64,000 bases of DNA, taken from assembly GCA_965221695.1 (NCBI GenBank), contig OZ244905.1:3072001-3136000 (forward strand), in the 5' to 3' direction. Made by a program: the position numbers and the translations under genes. The DNA comes from Gammaproteobacteria bacterium. GTDB lineage: Bacteria > Pseudomonadota > Gammaproteobacteria > Eutrophobiales > Eutrophobiaceae. Below the pieces are notes generated by a model. The model made no database searches. It saw only the letters and a list, made by a program, of their open reading frames with translations, and was not told where the DNA came from. Position 1 is the stretch's first letter. Each line of letters begins with the position of its first letter. Below are positions 26,738 through 38,041 of this stretch, piece by piece.

Positions 26738-27177
26738 TATAAATAAGGATCAGGGAATCCCATATCCTGCAGCAGCGCGGTTTCTTTTGCCTGCATCATT
26801 TCCGCTTCTTCCAGTCTAGTATGATCATAGCCCATTAAATGCAAAATGCCATGAATAATCATGTGCGCCCAATGCGCGCGCAGGGATTTGGCCTGTTGGA
26901 CGGCTTCCCGTTTGACAACGGGAGCGCAAACCACCAGGTCTCCAAGCATGGGGCTGCCGGTGTCGCGCAGCGGGAATGAGAGCACATTGGTTGGTTTATC
27001 GATGCCGCGCCATTTGTTATTGAGAGATTGCATCTCAGCTTCATCGGTAATTCGGATGGTGACTTCTCCCTGGTTATCGTCCGGCGCCAGCGCCGCCCCG
27101 GCCCAACGCAAGATTTCTTTTTCACCCGGAACAGAAGAGTCCGTGGTGACGAACTGAATGGTTATATCAGCAGCCAT
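26722..27177 (-). CDS. ybeY: rRNA maturation endoribonuclease YbeY
   Basis: PTNVLSF, LGDLVVC, HGILHLMGYDH zinc motif. Confidence 0.96.
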   Translation of the reverse strand: MAADITIQFVTTDSSVPGEKEILRWAGAALAPDDNQGEVTIRITDEAEMQSLNNKWRGIDKPTNVLSFPLRDTGSPMLGDLVVCAPVVKREAVQQAKSLRAHWAHMIIHGILHLMGYDHTRLEEAEMMQAKETALLQDMGFPDPYLYEPLT

Positions 27178-27257
27178 TAAGGTTCAGGCACAGCGATTAT
27201 TACGCGTTCATCTGCGCCTTGTCTTGTCGTCGCGATGTGGTTCTGAACATGTCAAAA

Positions 27258-28247
27258 TTAAGTTGAAAGAGTACTAGCCTCGTTTCGCTCATACGCGTTC
27301 AGGATGCGCGCGACCAGGGGGTGGCGCACCACGTCTCTGGATTTGAAAAAGGTGAAACTAATTCCGGCCTCATCCTGAAGAATATCAATCACGTGGCGCA
27401 ATCCCGAGGTTTTTCCCTGGGGCAGGTCAATCTGGGTAATGTCGCCCGTAATCACAGCCGTTGAGTTGAATCCGATGCGGGTCAGGAACATTTTCATTTG
27501 TTCGATTGTGGTATTTTGCGCTTCGTCCAAAATGATAAACGCTTCGTTGAGCGAACGGCCGCGCATAAAGGCAAGCGGCGCCACCTCGATGACGTTTTTC
27601 TCGATGAATTTCATCACTTGGTCAAAGCCCAGCATTTCATACAAGGCGTCATACAGAGGGCGCAGGTATGGGTCGACTTTCTGCACCAGGTCGCCGGGCA
27701 GGTAGCCCAGTTTTTCCCCGGCCTCGACTGCCGGCCGCACCAGCACCAGGCGTCTGACCCGGTTTTGCTCCAGCGCCACCACCGCGCTGGCCACGGCCAG
27801 GTAGGTTTTGCCTGTGCCGGCCGGTCCGATGCCAAAACTGACATCATGTTCCTGGATATTTTTCAGGTACAAGCGCTGGTTGGGGCTGCGCCCCTTGATG
27901 ATACCGCGTTTCGTTTTGATGATGACCTCGTCCTGCGCCTGCTCGTTGATGGAATCATCAATGGCCTTGTCCTGCAGCCAGAGGTGGATTTTTTCCGGCG
28001 ACAAGCTGTCCACCGCGGTCGATTCATACAGCTCGGTCAGCAACCTGCCGGCAATATTGACGATTTTGGCCGCGCCGTTTATGCGGAACGAGTTGCCGCG
28101 GTTGTTGATCTCAACGCCCAGCCGTCTTTCGATCTGGCGCAGGTGGGAATCCAGTGAGCCGCACAGGTTCGCAAGCCTCTCGTTATCCGCAGGTTCAAGC
28201 CTGACTTCGGAGCTTGCCGGATGAATGTTATCTCTGGTAATACTCAA
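27258..28247 (-). CDS. phoH: PhoH-like ATPase (YbeZ)
   Basis: GPAGTGKTYLA, RPAVEAGEKLGYLPG, PLAFMRGRSL, DEAQN, GDITQIDL. Confidence 0.95.
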   Translation of the reverse strand: MSITRDNIHPASSEVRLEPADNERLANLCGSLDSHLRQIERRLGVEINNRGNSFRINGAAKIVNIAGRLLTELYESTAVDSLSPEKIHLWLQDKAIDDSINEQAQDEVIIKTKRGIIKGRSPNQRLYLKNIQEHDVSFGIGPAGTGKTYLAVASAVVALEQNRVRRLVLVRPAVEAGEKLGYLPGDLVQKVDPYLRPLYDALYEMLGFDQVMKFIEKNVIEVAPLAFMRGRSLNEAFIILDEAQNTTIEQMKMFLTRIGFNSTAVITGDITQIDLPQGKTSGLRHVIDILQDEAGISFTFFKSRDVVRHPLVARILNAYERNEASTLST

Positions 28248-28250
28248 GAA

Positions 28251-29615
28251 TCAGCAGGCCGCGGTCTGTAATAAGGGTATTTCAGCGGGTGTTGCGGGCA
28301 ATACGCCGCGCAGGGAATTGGGCAGCGCCCGGGTAATTGTTACGTCCACCAGCTCACCGATGAGGTCGGCGCTACCGGGAAAGTTAACGACGCGGTTGTT
28401 TTCAGTGCGGCCGGACAACTCTCGTTTGTCCTTGCGGGAGGTTCCCTCTACCAGCACCTTCTGCACCGAACCGGTCATGCTGTTGCTGATAGTCCGGGCC
28501 TGTTGGTTGATCCGGGCCTGGAGGATTTGCAGGCGCTGTTTTTTCTGTTCCGGCGATATGCCGTCCGCATAGTTCGCCGCCGGTGTGCCGGGCCGTATGC
28601 TGTAGATAAAACTGAATGACTGGTCGAAACCGATGTCCGCGATCAGGTCCAGCGTGGCCTGGAAATCGGCATCGGTCTCGCCGGGGAAGCCCACAATGAA
28701 ATCGGAGGAGATACTGATATCCGGCCTGATTTTTCGCAGCTTGCGTATTTTCGACTTGTATTCAAGCACGGTATGGCCCCGCTTCATCCGCGCGAGTATG
28801 CGGTCCGATCCGCTCTGCACCGGCAGGTGCAGGTGGCTGACCAGTTCAGGCACTCGGCCGTACACATCTATCAGACGCTCGGAGAATTCGACCGGGTGGG
28901 ATGTCGTGTAACGTATGCGGCGGATACCGTCGATGGCGGCGACATACTCGATCAGGTCAGCCAAGTCAGCGCTGCCGCCTTCGAAAGTGATGCCGCGATA
29001 GGCATTCACGTTCTGGCCCAGCAGGGTAACCTCCTTGACGCCCTGTGCGGCGAGGTCGGCCACTTCGGTAATTACGTCATCCAAGGGCCGGGAGATTTCC
29101 TCCCCGCGGGTATAGGGCACGACACAGAATGTGCAGTATTTGCTGCATCCCTCCATGATGGAGACAAACGCAACAGGGCCTTCCGCCCTGGGTTCCGGCA
29201 AGCTGTCGAACTTTTCTATTTCGGGGAAAGAGATATCCATGGCCGGTTTGCCTGTCCGTTGCGCCCGGTCGTACAGAACGGGGAGCCGGTGCAGGGTCTG
29301 GGGGCCGAATACCACATCGACGAACGGCGCGCGTGCGTTAATCGCCGAACCTTCCTGGCTCGCGACACAACCTCCGACACCGATCATGAAACCGGGCTTC
29401 TCCTGTTTCCGCCGGCGCCAGCGGCCGAGTTCCGAGAACAGCTTTTCCTGGGCCTTTTCCCGGATGGAGCAGGTATTGAAGATGATGAAATCGGCCTCAT
29501 CCGGTTCCCGGGTTTCCTCCATGCCATGAGATACGCGCAGCACATCCCGCATCTTTGCGGAATCGTATTCGTTCATCTGGCAGCCGAATGTTTTGATAAA
29601 CAGTTTTTTTCCCAT
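28251..29615 (-). CDS. miaB: tRNA-2-methylthio-N6-dimethylallyladenosine synthase
   Basis: [28 protein letters not shown] radical SAM motif, C-terminal TRAM domain. Confidence 0.97.
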   Translation of the reverse strand: MGKKLFIKTFGCQMNEYDSAKMRDVLRVSHGMEETREPDEADFIIFNTCSIREKAQEKLFSELGRWRRRKQEKPGFMIGVGGCVASQEGSAINARAPFVDVVFGPQTLHRLPVLYDRAQRTGKPAMDISFPEIEKFDSLPEPRAEGPVAFVSIMEGCSKYCTFCVVPYTRGEEISRPLDDVITEVADLAAQGVKEVTLLGQNVNAYRGITFEGGSADLADLIEYVAAIDGIRRIRYTTSHPVEFSERLIDVYGRVPELVSHLHLPVQSGSDRILARMKRGHTVLEYKSKIRKLRKIRPDISISSDFIVGFPGETDADFQATLDLIADIGFDQSFSFIYSIRPGTPAANYADGISPEQKKQRLQILQARINQQARTISNSMTGSVQKVLVEGTSRKDKRELSGRTENNRVVNFPGSADLIGELVDVTITRALPNSLRGVLPATPAEIPLLQTAAC

Positions 29616-29767
29616 TGTTCGTCCGGTTTGCAGGGATCGGCTACGTTACACTTTCTTTCGCGTTTTTTCCAGTGTGAAATAAAGGACACCCGGGGTCAGA
29701 GTATAGTGACTCTGTTGGTGAAGCAGGGATCAAAGCGATTTTACCCTGATCCCTGAATACATACCTC

Positions 29768-29844
29768 TGGTGGCTATGGGTGGACTTGAACCACCGACTT
29801 CAGCATTATGAATGCTGCGCTCTAACCAACTGAGCTACATAGCC
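29768..29844 (-). tRNA. tRNA-Met (CAT), elongator type
   Basis: GGCTATGTAGCTCAGTTGGTTAGAGC..TTCATAA..GGTTCAAGTCC..CATAGCCACCA cloverleaf with paired 1-72 and encoded CCA. Confidence 0.93.
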
Positions 29845-29969
29845 ATAATCATCAGGGTTGACATTAGCCTAATCGGGATTGGAAGTCAATTCCGGCCGCT
29901 TGCTCATGATTACTTGCCGGTGAATATGTTACTCTTTTGCAAACGGAACAACCTGTGGGAGTGTTACTG

Positions 29970-30383
29970 ATGCAAACAAGTCTTACCTGGGCCGGAGGGG
30001 CCGCATTTATCGGCGAAGCGGAAAACGGCCGGAGCATAGTTATCGACGGGCCGCCCGAAGGCGGCGGCAAAAACCTGGGGCCGCGTCCGATGGAGACGCT
30101 GCTGTTGGGAATGGGGAGCTGCATGAGCTACGACGTGCTGTCCATCCTGAAGAAGTCGAGAAAGGACATCAGTGAATGCAGGGTCGAAATCTCGTCCACC
30201 AGGGCCGAAGAGCACCCCCGGGTATTCACCGATATTCGGGTACATTTCATCATAGCCGGCGCCGATCTCAAGCCAGCTCAGGTTGAACGTGCGATCAACC
30301 TGTCTGCGGAGAAATATTGCTCCGCATCAATCATGCTGGGCAAGACCGCGCAGATAACACACACCTTCGAAATCCGGAATTAA
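29970..30383 (+). CDS. OsmC/YhfA family protein
   Basis: GPRPMETLLLGMGSC, HPRVFT, AINLSAEKYCSAS. Confidence 0.9.
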   Translation: MQTSLTWAGGAAFIGEAENGRSIVIDGPPEGGGKNLGPRPMETLLLGMGSCMSYDVLSILKKSRKDISECRVEISSTRAEEHPRVFTDIRVHFIIAGADLKPAQVERAINLSAEKYCSASIMLGKTAQITHTFEIRN

Positions 30384-30413
30384 TCCGAACATTCATTCAA
30401 GGAAGGTCTGTCC

Positions 30414-30501
30414 ACTGGATTCCCGTTTTCACGGGAATGGGACGGGGGGCGCTACTGTGCGCCTTGCCACCGTACCACTCCCACGGAAATGGGAGTCCAG
30501 T
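30414..30501. repeat. Inverted pair of dRS3/REP-like palindromes between convergent genes
   Basis: ACTGGATTCCC-GTTTTCAC-GGGAATGGGACGG and the inverted partner CCGTACCACTCCC-ACGGAAAT-GGGAGTCCAGT. Confidence 0.65.
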
Positions 30502-30598
30502 CGAATTCTGTGTCGCCCGGAGGGCGACTCTTTGTTAACTGGAATACATACTCCAGACACTATGTGGGAGCAAGTCTCAATGCGTTTTCTGAGGCAAA

Positions 30599-30850
30599 TT
30601 ATATTTTCCTGGGGTTTTCTGCGCGGCTGATGGTGAAGCTGATGATTTCTTCACCTTTATCGATGCGCAGGATGGTATGGCCGGTCCTCGCGCAATAGGC
30701 TTCGAAGTCGACTACCGAATGGGGGTCGGTCGCCTCGACGAACAGGATTTCTCCCGGTTGCATCCTGTTCAGCGCGAGTTTTGTTTTAAGCACGGGCAAC
30801 GGGCAGTTCAGGCCCTTCGCGTCCAGGTGTTGATCATAACCGGTATCCAT
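30599..30850 (-). CDS. tusA: Sulfurtransferase TusA family protein
   Basis: LDAKGLNCPLP, ATDPHSVVDF. Confidence 0.88.
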   Translation of the reverse strand: MDTGYDQHLDAKGLNCPLPVLKTKLALNRMQPGEILFVEATDPHSVVDFEAYCARTGHTILRIDKGEEIISFTISRAENPRKI

Positions 30851-30862
30851 ATCCGTTACGGG

Positions 30863-31921
30863 TTAACTGTTGCGCCGCTGCCTGACCGCTCCGGCGAGGG
30901 ATTCCAGGACCGGTTCGGTCATGTCCCAGGATATGCAGGCATCGGTCACGCTCATGCCGTATTCCATCGATGCAAGGTCTTTCAGCGCCTGTTTTCCGGC
31001 TTTCAGGTTGCTCTCTATCATCACGCCGCAGATGCGTGTTGAGCCGGCTGCCAATTGCCGGCAGATATCCTCGGCAACAACGGCCTGGCGCGCATGGTCC
31101 TTGTTGCTGTTGCCATGGCTGAAGTCCACCATGACCCGGTCCGTAACGTTTGCCGCGCCCAGTTTTTTCGCCGCAGCCTCGATATCTGACTCGGAATAAT
31201 TGGGCCCTTTGGACGCGCCGCGCAAGATCAGGTGGCAACAGTCGTTCCCGGTGGTCGTTACGATCGCGGAAATACCCTGCTTGGTGACTGAAAGGAAATG
31301 GTGTGCGCTTTGTGCGGCGCCGATGGCGTCTATCGCGATCTGTATGTTGCCGTCCGTCCCGTTTTTAAAGCCTACGGGCATCGAGAGTCCCGACGCCAGT
31401 TCCCGGTGTATCTGGCTTTCCGTGGTACGCGCCCCGATCGCGCCCCAGGACACCAGGTCGGCGATGAACTGCGGCGTGATGGTATCGAGAAACTCCGAAC
31501 CGGCCGGTATGCCCATGTTCCCCAGGTCCAGCAGCAGTTTGCGGGCTTTGCGCAGACCGGCATTGATATTGAAACTGTTGTCCAGGTTCGGATCGTTGAT
31601 CAGGCCTTTCCAGCCCACCCTGGTACGGGGTTTTTCGAAATAGACCCGCATGATCACGAGCAGGTCGTCCTGCAGGCGCTCTGCAGCGCCGGCCAGGCGG
31701 CCGGCATAGTCCAGTGCGGCTTCCGGATCATGAATGGAACAAGGCCCGGTTATCACCAGCAGCCGATCATCTTCACCCTTGATGATGGCGCCGGCAGCTT
31801 TGCGGGTGGTGGCCACGAGGTTCGATACCTGTTCGCCGACCGGCAGCTCTTCCATGAGGATGGCAGGCGATACCAGCGGGCGCAGTTCGGCAATTCTTAA
31901 ATCGTCTGTAAGCTGAAACAT
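30863..31921 (-). CDS. aroG: DAHP synthase class I-alpha, paralog 1
   Basis: GPCSIHD, RVYFEKPRT, GWKGL, GARTTESQ, FKNGTDG, DFSHGNS, SVTDAC; allosteric type (aroG/F/H) not determinable. Confidence 0.9.
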   Translation of the reverse strand: MFQLTDDLRIAELRPLVSPAILMEELPVGEQVSNLVATTRKAAGAIIKGEDDRLLVITGPCSIHDPEAALDYAGRLAGAAERLQDDLLVIMRVYFEKPRTRVGWKGLINDPNLDNSFNINAGLRKARKLLLDLGNMGIPAGSEFLDTITPQFIADLVSWGAIGARTTESQIHRELASGLSMPVGFKNGTDGNIQIAIDAIGAAQSAHHFLSVTKQGISAIVTTTGNDCCHLILRGASKGPNYSESDIEAAAKKLGAANVTDRVMVDFSHGNSNKDHARQAVVAEDICRQLAAGSTRICGVMIESNLKAGKQALKDLASMEYGMSVTDACISWDMTEPVLESLAGAVRQRRNS

Positions 31922-31988
31922 AATATCTGTCTGACCCGAATGTTGAACAGGCTGGCCTGTCCCCAACGGTGTGACTCAAAAACGCAGA

Positions 31989-33284
31989 TTATACCCCAAA
32001 ACTATCCCGGTTGATGCTCGCGTACCAGCTACGGGCGTAGGCGGCCTCCTTGGCGCGGTACTCTTTGGTGGCCCTGAGCGGGCTCAACCCGCCTGCGCGT
32101 TCCACCAGTTTCATTTTGTTGTCTTCGTAACGGTACATCGCATTGATGGAAAAACCGTAATCCGGCGCAACCAGGCTGTAGCAGGTATTGTGATACAACA
32201 TCGGCCCCGGATCGCGATCGCGTAACAGCGACACGACCGCAAAACTGCATACCTTGGCCTGGCTGTTGGCGGAGGTCGCCGATTTCGGCATTCCACCGCT
32301 CAGGCAACTGTCGCCGAGGATGTGGATATCCGGCGCCAGCGTCGATGCAAACGTTTGCAGGTCGACCGGACACCAGCCGCTCTCATCGGCAAGCCCGTGA
32401 TCGACAGCCAACCGGCCTGCCTGCTGAAACGGGATGACGTTGGCCACATCCACCTTGAACTCACCTGCTTCGGCCTGCAGGCTCATGTGTTTGGGGTCCA
32501 CGCCGATGACCAGGCCGCCCGCGGATATCGGGATATGTTCAATCATGCCGGGGTAAAGCGTCTCCCAGGCTTCCTCGAACAGGTCGTGCTTGGAGAACGT
32601 TTCATTGGCATCCAGGATCAGTACTTTGGCGCGCGGGTTGTTGCGCTTGAGGTAATGGGCCACCAGGCTGGCGCGCTCGTAAGGGCCGGGCGGGCAGCGA
32701 AACGGCGTGCCCGGGACCGCAATGGCAAATACGCCGCCGTCCCGCATCCCGGCCAGTTGTTTCCGCAACAGCTTGAGCTGGTCTGCTCCGTGCCAGGCGT
32801 GAGGCATGCTCAAACTGGCTGCCTTGTCATAGCCGGCAAAGAATTCACTCCAAAGAAAACTGATCCCGGGCGAGATTACCAGCCGGCGGTAGGGCAGGGT
32901 GGCGCCATCTGCAAGTGTGACGGTATGTTTTTCAGGATCAATCGCGCTTGCCCTGGCGTGGATGATGTTGACGCCGTACTGTTTCTCCAGGTTGCCATAC
33001 CCCAGGGAGATGGATGACATTTCCTGCAGGTCGCTGAGTACGGCGTTGCTGAACGGGCAGGTGAAATAGCGCGTATCGGCCTCGATCAGGGTCACGTCGA
33101 TATCCGGGTCCAGGTGGCGTATGTACCGGGCGCAGGTCGCGCCGCCATAACCGCCGCCAATGACGACGACCCGGGGCGCGCCCTTGCTGGGCGGGCGGGA
33201 GCAGGCGGGCAGTAATCCACCGCCGAGGGTTGCCGCGCTCGCCGTCAGGGTGTTGGCAAGAAAGTGGCGCCGGGTTAATGGCAT
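31989..33284 (-). CDS. fccB: Flavocytochrome c sulfide dehydrogenase flavoprotein subunit
   Basis: Tat signal TRRHFL, VVVIGGGYGGATCA, TCPFSN, PFRCPPGPYERA, MPKSA, NTCYS. Confidence 0.9.
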   Translation of the reverse strand: MPLTRRHFLANTLTASAATLGGGLLPACSRPPSKGAPRVVVIGGGYGGATCARYIRHLDPDIDVTLIEADTRYFTCPFSNAVLSDLQEMSSISLGYGNLEKQYGVNIIHARASAIDPEKHTVTLADGATLPYRRLVISPGISFLWSEFFAGYDKAASLSMPHAWHGADQLKLLRKQLAGMRDGGVFAIAVPGTPFRCPPGPYERASLVAHYLKRNNPRAKVLILDANETFSKHDLFEEAWETLYPGMIEHIPISAGGLVIGVDPKHMSLQAEAGEFKVDVANVIPFQQAGRLAVDHGLADESGWCPVDLQTFASTLAPDIHILGDSCLSGGMPKSATSANSQAKVCSFAVVSLLRDRDPGPMLYHNTCYSLVAPDYGFSINAMYRYEDNKMKLVERAGGLSPLRATKEYRAKEAAYARSWYASINRDSFGV

Positions 33285-33285
33285 T

Positions 33286-33630
33286 TCAGCGTTCCTCCCG
33301 GCCCAGCAACGCGCTGATACGGTCGATTTCCGCATCAGTCAGGGCCTTGCTGATACGATTCATAATGGTTACCTGTTCCCTGTCGGTTTTGTAGGAGACC
33401 AACAGCTCTTTTACCTTAGCCTCAGACAGTCCCTGGAGCGACGGGATACCGTCGTCGCCTGCCGCGCTTGCACCGTGGCAGGTATAGCAGGTTGCAATGA
33501 TCAGGTCAAAATAGGCGCTGTCGCTGTCGGGCGCCTGTTCCTCCCCCGCGCTTGCCGGATTCCAGGCAGCCAGGGTTTGCAGGAGCAGGATCACCAAGGT
33601 AAATTTATTTGACCTATAGGCAACGCGCAT
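33286..33630 (-). CDS. fccA: Monoheme cytochrome c, FCSD cytochrome subunit
   Basis: Signal peptide, CYTCH heme motif, IPSLQG, TIMNRISK; directly upstream of fccB; true start is internal to the listed 233-aa ORF. Confidence 0.82.
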   Translation of the reverse strand: MRVAYRSNKFTLVILLLQTLAAWNPASAGEEQAPDSDSAYFDLIIATCYTCHGASAAGDDGIPSLQGLSEAKVKELLVSYKTDREQVTIMNRISKALTDAEIDRISALLGREER

Positions 33631-33659
33631 CGCAACAGGATAACAGGAATCCTGTAACT

Positions 33660-35243
33660 CTACACTACGGTAAGTTCGTCCAACAGCGGTCCGCTGATAC
33701 AGATCACGCCGGGCCTGGGCAGTGCCGTGCCGCCATCGGGCCAGTGACTGTTCGGCGCGTCCGTAGAGGAGGCGTTTTCGCCCGGGTGTTGCACCGACAG
33801 GAACAGGGTGCGCCCGTCCCGACTGAAAGTGGGACCGGTCAGTTCCGCCCCGTTCGGGGCTGAAGCGACCTGCACGGGTATGCCCGCATCGGCGCCTGAC
33901 ATGGCAATGTAAAACAGGCCATTGTTTTTGAACGGCGCGTAAACCAGCCCATTGAGATCGTGGGATGAAATGTCCGTACACATCCACAGGTTGCCGCGCG
34001 GGTCGAAGGCCAGGTTGTCCGGGCAGGCAAAGCCGTTTTTACTGCCGCCGGCCAGGAAGGCGCTGGCAGTGAACGCTTCTGCGGACGGATCGTTATCCTT
34101 TTCCACCAGTTTCAGGATGGAACCATACGGGCGCAGCGGGTGCTTGGTCAGCGCGATCAGCACCGCGCCTGTGTGCGGGTCGATCCCGATATCTTCGGGA
34201 CGGTCCTGGGGGGTTGCGCCAACGAGCTTTGCCGCTTCGCGGGTGCGGATCAGCAGTTCTGTCTCTGTTTTGAACGCCTGTTGCAGACGTTTGTCCCGGC
34301 GCCTTGCCAGCGGCAGCCAGCGGCCCCGGTCCGTATCGGCGGCGTACAGCACACCGTGCGCCAGCGAACCGGGTTCTGCGCCGACAAACTTGTAGATGTG
34401 CTCATCGGTCTTGTCGTCTCCCATGTAGACCACCGGCCTGCCGTCCGGCGCCAGGGTCACGGTCGCACCCTCGTGGGCAAACCGTCCCAGCGCAGTGAGC
34501 TTGTTTGCGATGCCCGTGAACGGATCGATTTCGACCACCCAGCCGTAGTGTTCGGGGGGATAGTCGAGATGGCGTTCCCAGCCGAGCAGACTGTCTTTAT
34601 CATGAATGCGCATGCCGTCCTCGAACCTGACGTCGCCGTAGAAGAAGTGGAAGTTCTCTTCACAACTGAGCGCCGTCTGCCACGGCGTCACGCCGCCGGC
34701 GCAGTTGCCCAGGGTGCCGATGGCTTCACGCGCGCCGGCAATGGCTGCCGGAGAAATGAACGGTATGCGCGTGGTGGCGTCGATACGCCGGTTAAATCGA
34801 TCATCCTGCAGCAGGCGCCAGCGTCCGTTAGTGTTGCGGATACGGACGATGCTGCCACCGACTTCCCGCATCTCCCGGTCGATGTCCGACCTGGATTTGC
34901 CGGCCGGGTCACGCGGCGTGGAGAAATAAGCCGACAGCACTTCCTCGTGGTTCACCCATAACAGGCCGTCATCGGGATTGCCGTCTATCGGAAAGAAGGC
35001 GGTATAGTCGTTATTGAAACCGAAGCGGTCTCCTTTGCCGTTTAGCCTGTCCGGCCAGGAAACCAGGATTTCGTATTCCAGTCCTTCGGCCAGCGCCACC
35101 TCATCGTCCGTGCCGGGTGGTATGCCGGCCAGCGTCGAAGCGCTGCGGCGGTCTGAGCAGGACAGAACCGGCACAGCGACAGTGGCCGCGCCCACCGTTC
35201 TTCCCATGAAGCTCAGGAATTCACGGCGGGACCACTGTTTCAT
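33660..35243 (-). CDS. phoX: PhoX family alkaline phosphatase (DUF839), Tat-exported
   Basis: SRREFL Tat motif, GFNND, WVNHE, NCAGGVTPW..SCEEN, LGRFAHE, DRPED, PDN, ELTG, SVQHPGE. Confidence 0.92.
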   Translation of the reverse strand: MKQWSRREFLSFMGRTVGAATVAVPVLSCSDRRSASTLAGIPPGTDDEVALAEGLEYEILVSWPDRLNGKGDRFGFNNDYTAFFPIDGNPDDGLLWVNHEEVLSAYFSTPRDPAGKSRSDIDREMREVGGSIVRIRNTNGRWRLLQDDRFNRRIDATTRIPFISPAAIAGAREAIGTLGNCAGGVTPWQTALSCEENFHFFYGDVRFEDGMRIHDKDSLLGWERHLDYPPEHYGWVVEIDPFTGIANKLTALGRFAHEGATVTLAPDGRPVVYMGDDKTDEHIYKFVGAEPGSLAHGVLYAADTDRGRWLPLARRRDKRLQQAFKTETELLIRTREAAKLVGATPQDRPEDIGIDPHTGAVLIALTKHPLRPYGSILKLVEKDNDPSAEAFTASAFLAGGSKNGFACPDNLAFDPRGNLWMCTDISSHDLNGLVYAPFKNNGLFYIAMSGADAGIPVQVASAPNGAELTGPTFSRDGRTLFLSVQHPGENASSTDAPNSHWPDGGTALPRPGVICISGPLLDELTVV

Positions 35244-36298
35244 GAAGACCGCGTGCGGCGCTCCCTGGCGGCTGCTGCGAGTTCACCGATCAACGCTTCG
35301 GAATCGTCCCAGCCCAGGCAAGCATCGGTGATGCTCTGGCCGTAAACAAGTTGCTGACCCGCCTCCGCGTCCTGGCGGCCTTCCTGCAGGTGGCTTTCGA
35401 TCATCACACCGAAGATCCTGCCGTCGCCGTCGCGCAACTGACTGCAGATGTCGGCGCCTACCTGCAGTTGATTTTTAGGTTGTTTCCGGCTGTTCGCGTG
35501 GCTGAAATCCACCATCACGCGCACCGGGAGTTTTGCCGCGGTCAACTCGGCCGCGGCGGAGTCGATACTCCAACGGTCAAAGTTGGGCCGTTTACCGCCA
35601 CGCAGTATGATGTGGCAGGCATCGTTGCCGCTGGTGGTATAGATCGCCGACGTGCCTTCCTTACGCATGGACAGGAAGTGGTGCGGGACTCTTGCGGCGC
35701 CGATTGCGTCCACGGCAATCTTCACCGAGCCATCCGTCCCGTTCTTGAACCCGACCGGACAGGACAGCCCCGAGGCCAGTTCCCGGTGCACCTGGCTCTC
35801 CGTGGTGCGCGCGCCGATGGCGCCCCAGCTTACCAGGTCGGTAACGTATTGGGGGGTGATGATGTCGAGAAACTCGGTGCCTGCCGGGACTCCCATTTCA
35901 TTCAGGTCCAACAGCAGCGAGCGCGCAAGCCGCACCCCCTTGTTGATGTGAAAACTGTTGTCCAGGTCGGGGTCGTTGATCAGGCCTTTCCAACCCACGG
36001 TGGTCCTGGGTTTTTCGAAGTATACGCGCATGACGATGAGCAGGTCGTCGCGGTACTTTTCACTCAAGGTTTTCAGGCGACCGGCGTATTCTCTGGCCGC
36101 GCCGACATCGTGTATCGAACAGGGGCCGGCCACTACCATCAGGCGGTCATCCGCGCCATTCAGCAAGTCGCTAATCGCCTGCCGGGCTTGCCAGGTGGTC
36201 TCGGCTGCGGCCTCACTGATGGGGATCTCCTCACAGATCTCCACGGGTGGGGTAACAGCCTTGATGGAGGCGATGCGTAAGTCGTCGGTTGCGTGCAT
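35240..36298 (-). CDS. aroG: DAHP synthase class I-alpha, paralog 2
   Basis: Same conserved motifs as paralog 1 (GPCSIHD, KPRTTVGWKG, DFSHANS, SITDAC); 4-nt overlap with the phoX start. Confidence 0.9.
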   Translation of the reverse strand: MHATDDLRIASIKAVTPPVEICEEIPISEAAAETTWQARQAISDLLNGADDRLMVVAGPCSIHDVGAAREYAGRLKTLSEKYRDDLLIVMRVYFEKPRTTVGWKGLINDPDLDNSFHINKGVRLARSLLLDLNEMGVPAGTEFLDIITPQYVTDLVSWGAIGARTTESQVHRELASGLSCPVGFKNGTDGSVKIAVDAIGAARVPHHFLSMRKEGTSAIYTTSGNDACHIILRGGKRPNFDRWSIDSAAAELTAAKLPVRVMVDFSHANSRKQPKNQLQVGADICSQLRDGDGRIFGVMIESHLQEGRQDAEAGQQLVYGQSITDACLGWDDSEALIGELAAAARERRTRSS

Positions 36299-36304
36299 CG
36301 CGAC

Positions 36305-37186
<882 letters not shown>

Positions 37187-37229
37187 GCTAACGGCGCAAC
37201 CTGCGTCTTTTTCTTGGGGATTTTAATCC

Positions 37230-37871
37230 ATGGCCGATGACTTTTCAGCCCTGCGGCAGGAATATCGCCACGTACCGCTGCTTGAGCGGGACGCAAACGC
37301 AGACCCCATAGCACAGTTCCGCGACTGGTTCGGGCAGGCTGTCGATTACCGCGTGCCGCTGCCCAATGCAATGGCGCTGGCAACGGCGACCCGGGACGGC
37401 AAACCCAGCCTGCGGTTTGTGCTGTTAAAGGATATCAGCGAACAGGGGTTTTCATTTTACACTCATTCAGTCAGCGCCAAGGGCAGGCAAATCGCGGACA
37501 ACCCGGATGTCGCCCTGGTGTTTTACTGGAGTCCGATGCACCGCCAGGTGCGGGTGGAAGGCAGGGCGCACCTGCTGTCGGATGAGGAGGCTGACGCTTA
37601 TTTCAACACCCGGCCTCAGGACAGCCGTGTTGCGGTCTGGGTCGCTGACCAGAGCGCTGAGGTGGAGAGCCGGGAGTTCCTTGAGAGCAGGATGGCCGAG
37701 ATGGCGCTACGGTACCCGGACGAGGATGTCCCCCGCCCCGCAACCTGGGTCGGTTACCGGGTCGTTCCCGAGCGCATCGAATTCTGGCAGGGCAGGGAAA
37801 GTCGCCTGCATGACCGGTTGTTGTACACCAGGGAGGGCACAGGCTGGAAGATCGTCAGGCTCGCGCCTTGA
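37230..37871 (+). CDS. pdxH: Pyridoxamine 5'-phosphate oxidase
   Basis: LRQEY, RFVLLK, RQVRVEG, EFWQGRESRLHDR, RLAP. Confidence 0.96.
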   Translation: MADDFSALRQEYRHVPLLERDANADPIAQFRDWFGQAVDYRVPLPNAMALATATRDGKPSLRFVLLKDISEQGFSFYTHSVSAKGRQIADNPDVALVFYWSPMHRQVRVEGRAHLLSDEEADAYFNTRPQDSRVAVWVADQSAEVESREFLESRMAEMALRYPDEDVPRPATWVGYRVVPERIEFWQGRESRLHDRLLYTREGTGWKIVRLAP

Positions 37872-37954
37872 AAGTTGTTGAGGTTTGCCGCGCGTGGCTT
37901 AACCCGGATTTCGTCTGATCCGGCAAGTGGCGGGTTAGGTGCAGCCGAGGTATC

Positions 37955-38031
37955 TGGTGGGCCCGGTAGGACTTGAACCTACGACCAATGGATTATGAGT
38001 CCACTGCTCTAACCAACTGAGCTACAGGCCC
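37955..38031 (-). tRNA. tRNA-Ile2 (CAT, lysidine-modified type)
   Basis: GGGCCTGTAGCTCAGTTGGTTAGAGC..CTCATAA..GGTTCAAGTCC..CGGGCCCACCA; Ile2-like acceptor stem and position after rpoD, as for E. coli ileX. Confidence 0.88.
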
Positions 38032-38041
38032 ATGTAATTCG

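Noticed and set aside
29768-29844. tRNA-Met or tRNA-Ile2 as island integration sites
   Set aside because: No duplicated 3' ends and no integrase nearby
33631-33987. N-terminal half of the listed 233-aa ORF
   Set aside because: It overlaps phoX in another frame; the cytochrome c most likely starts at 33630
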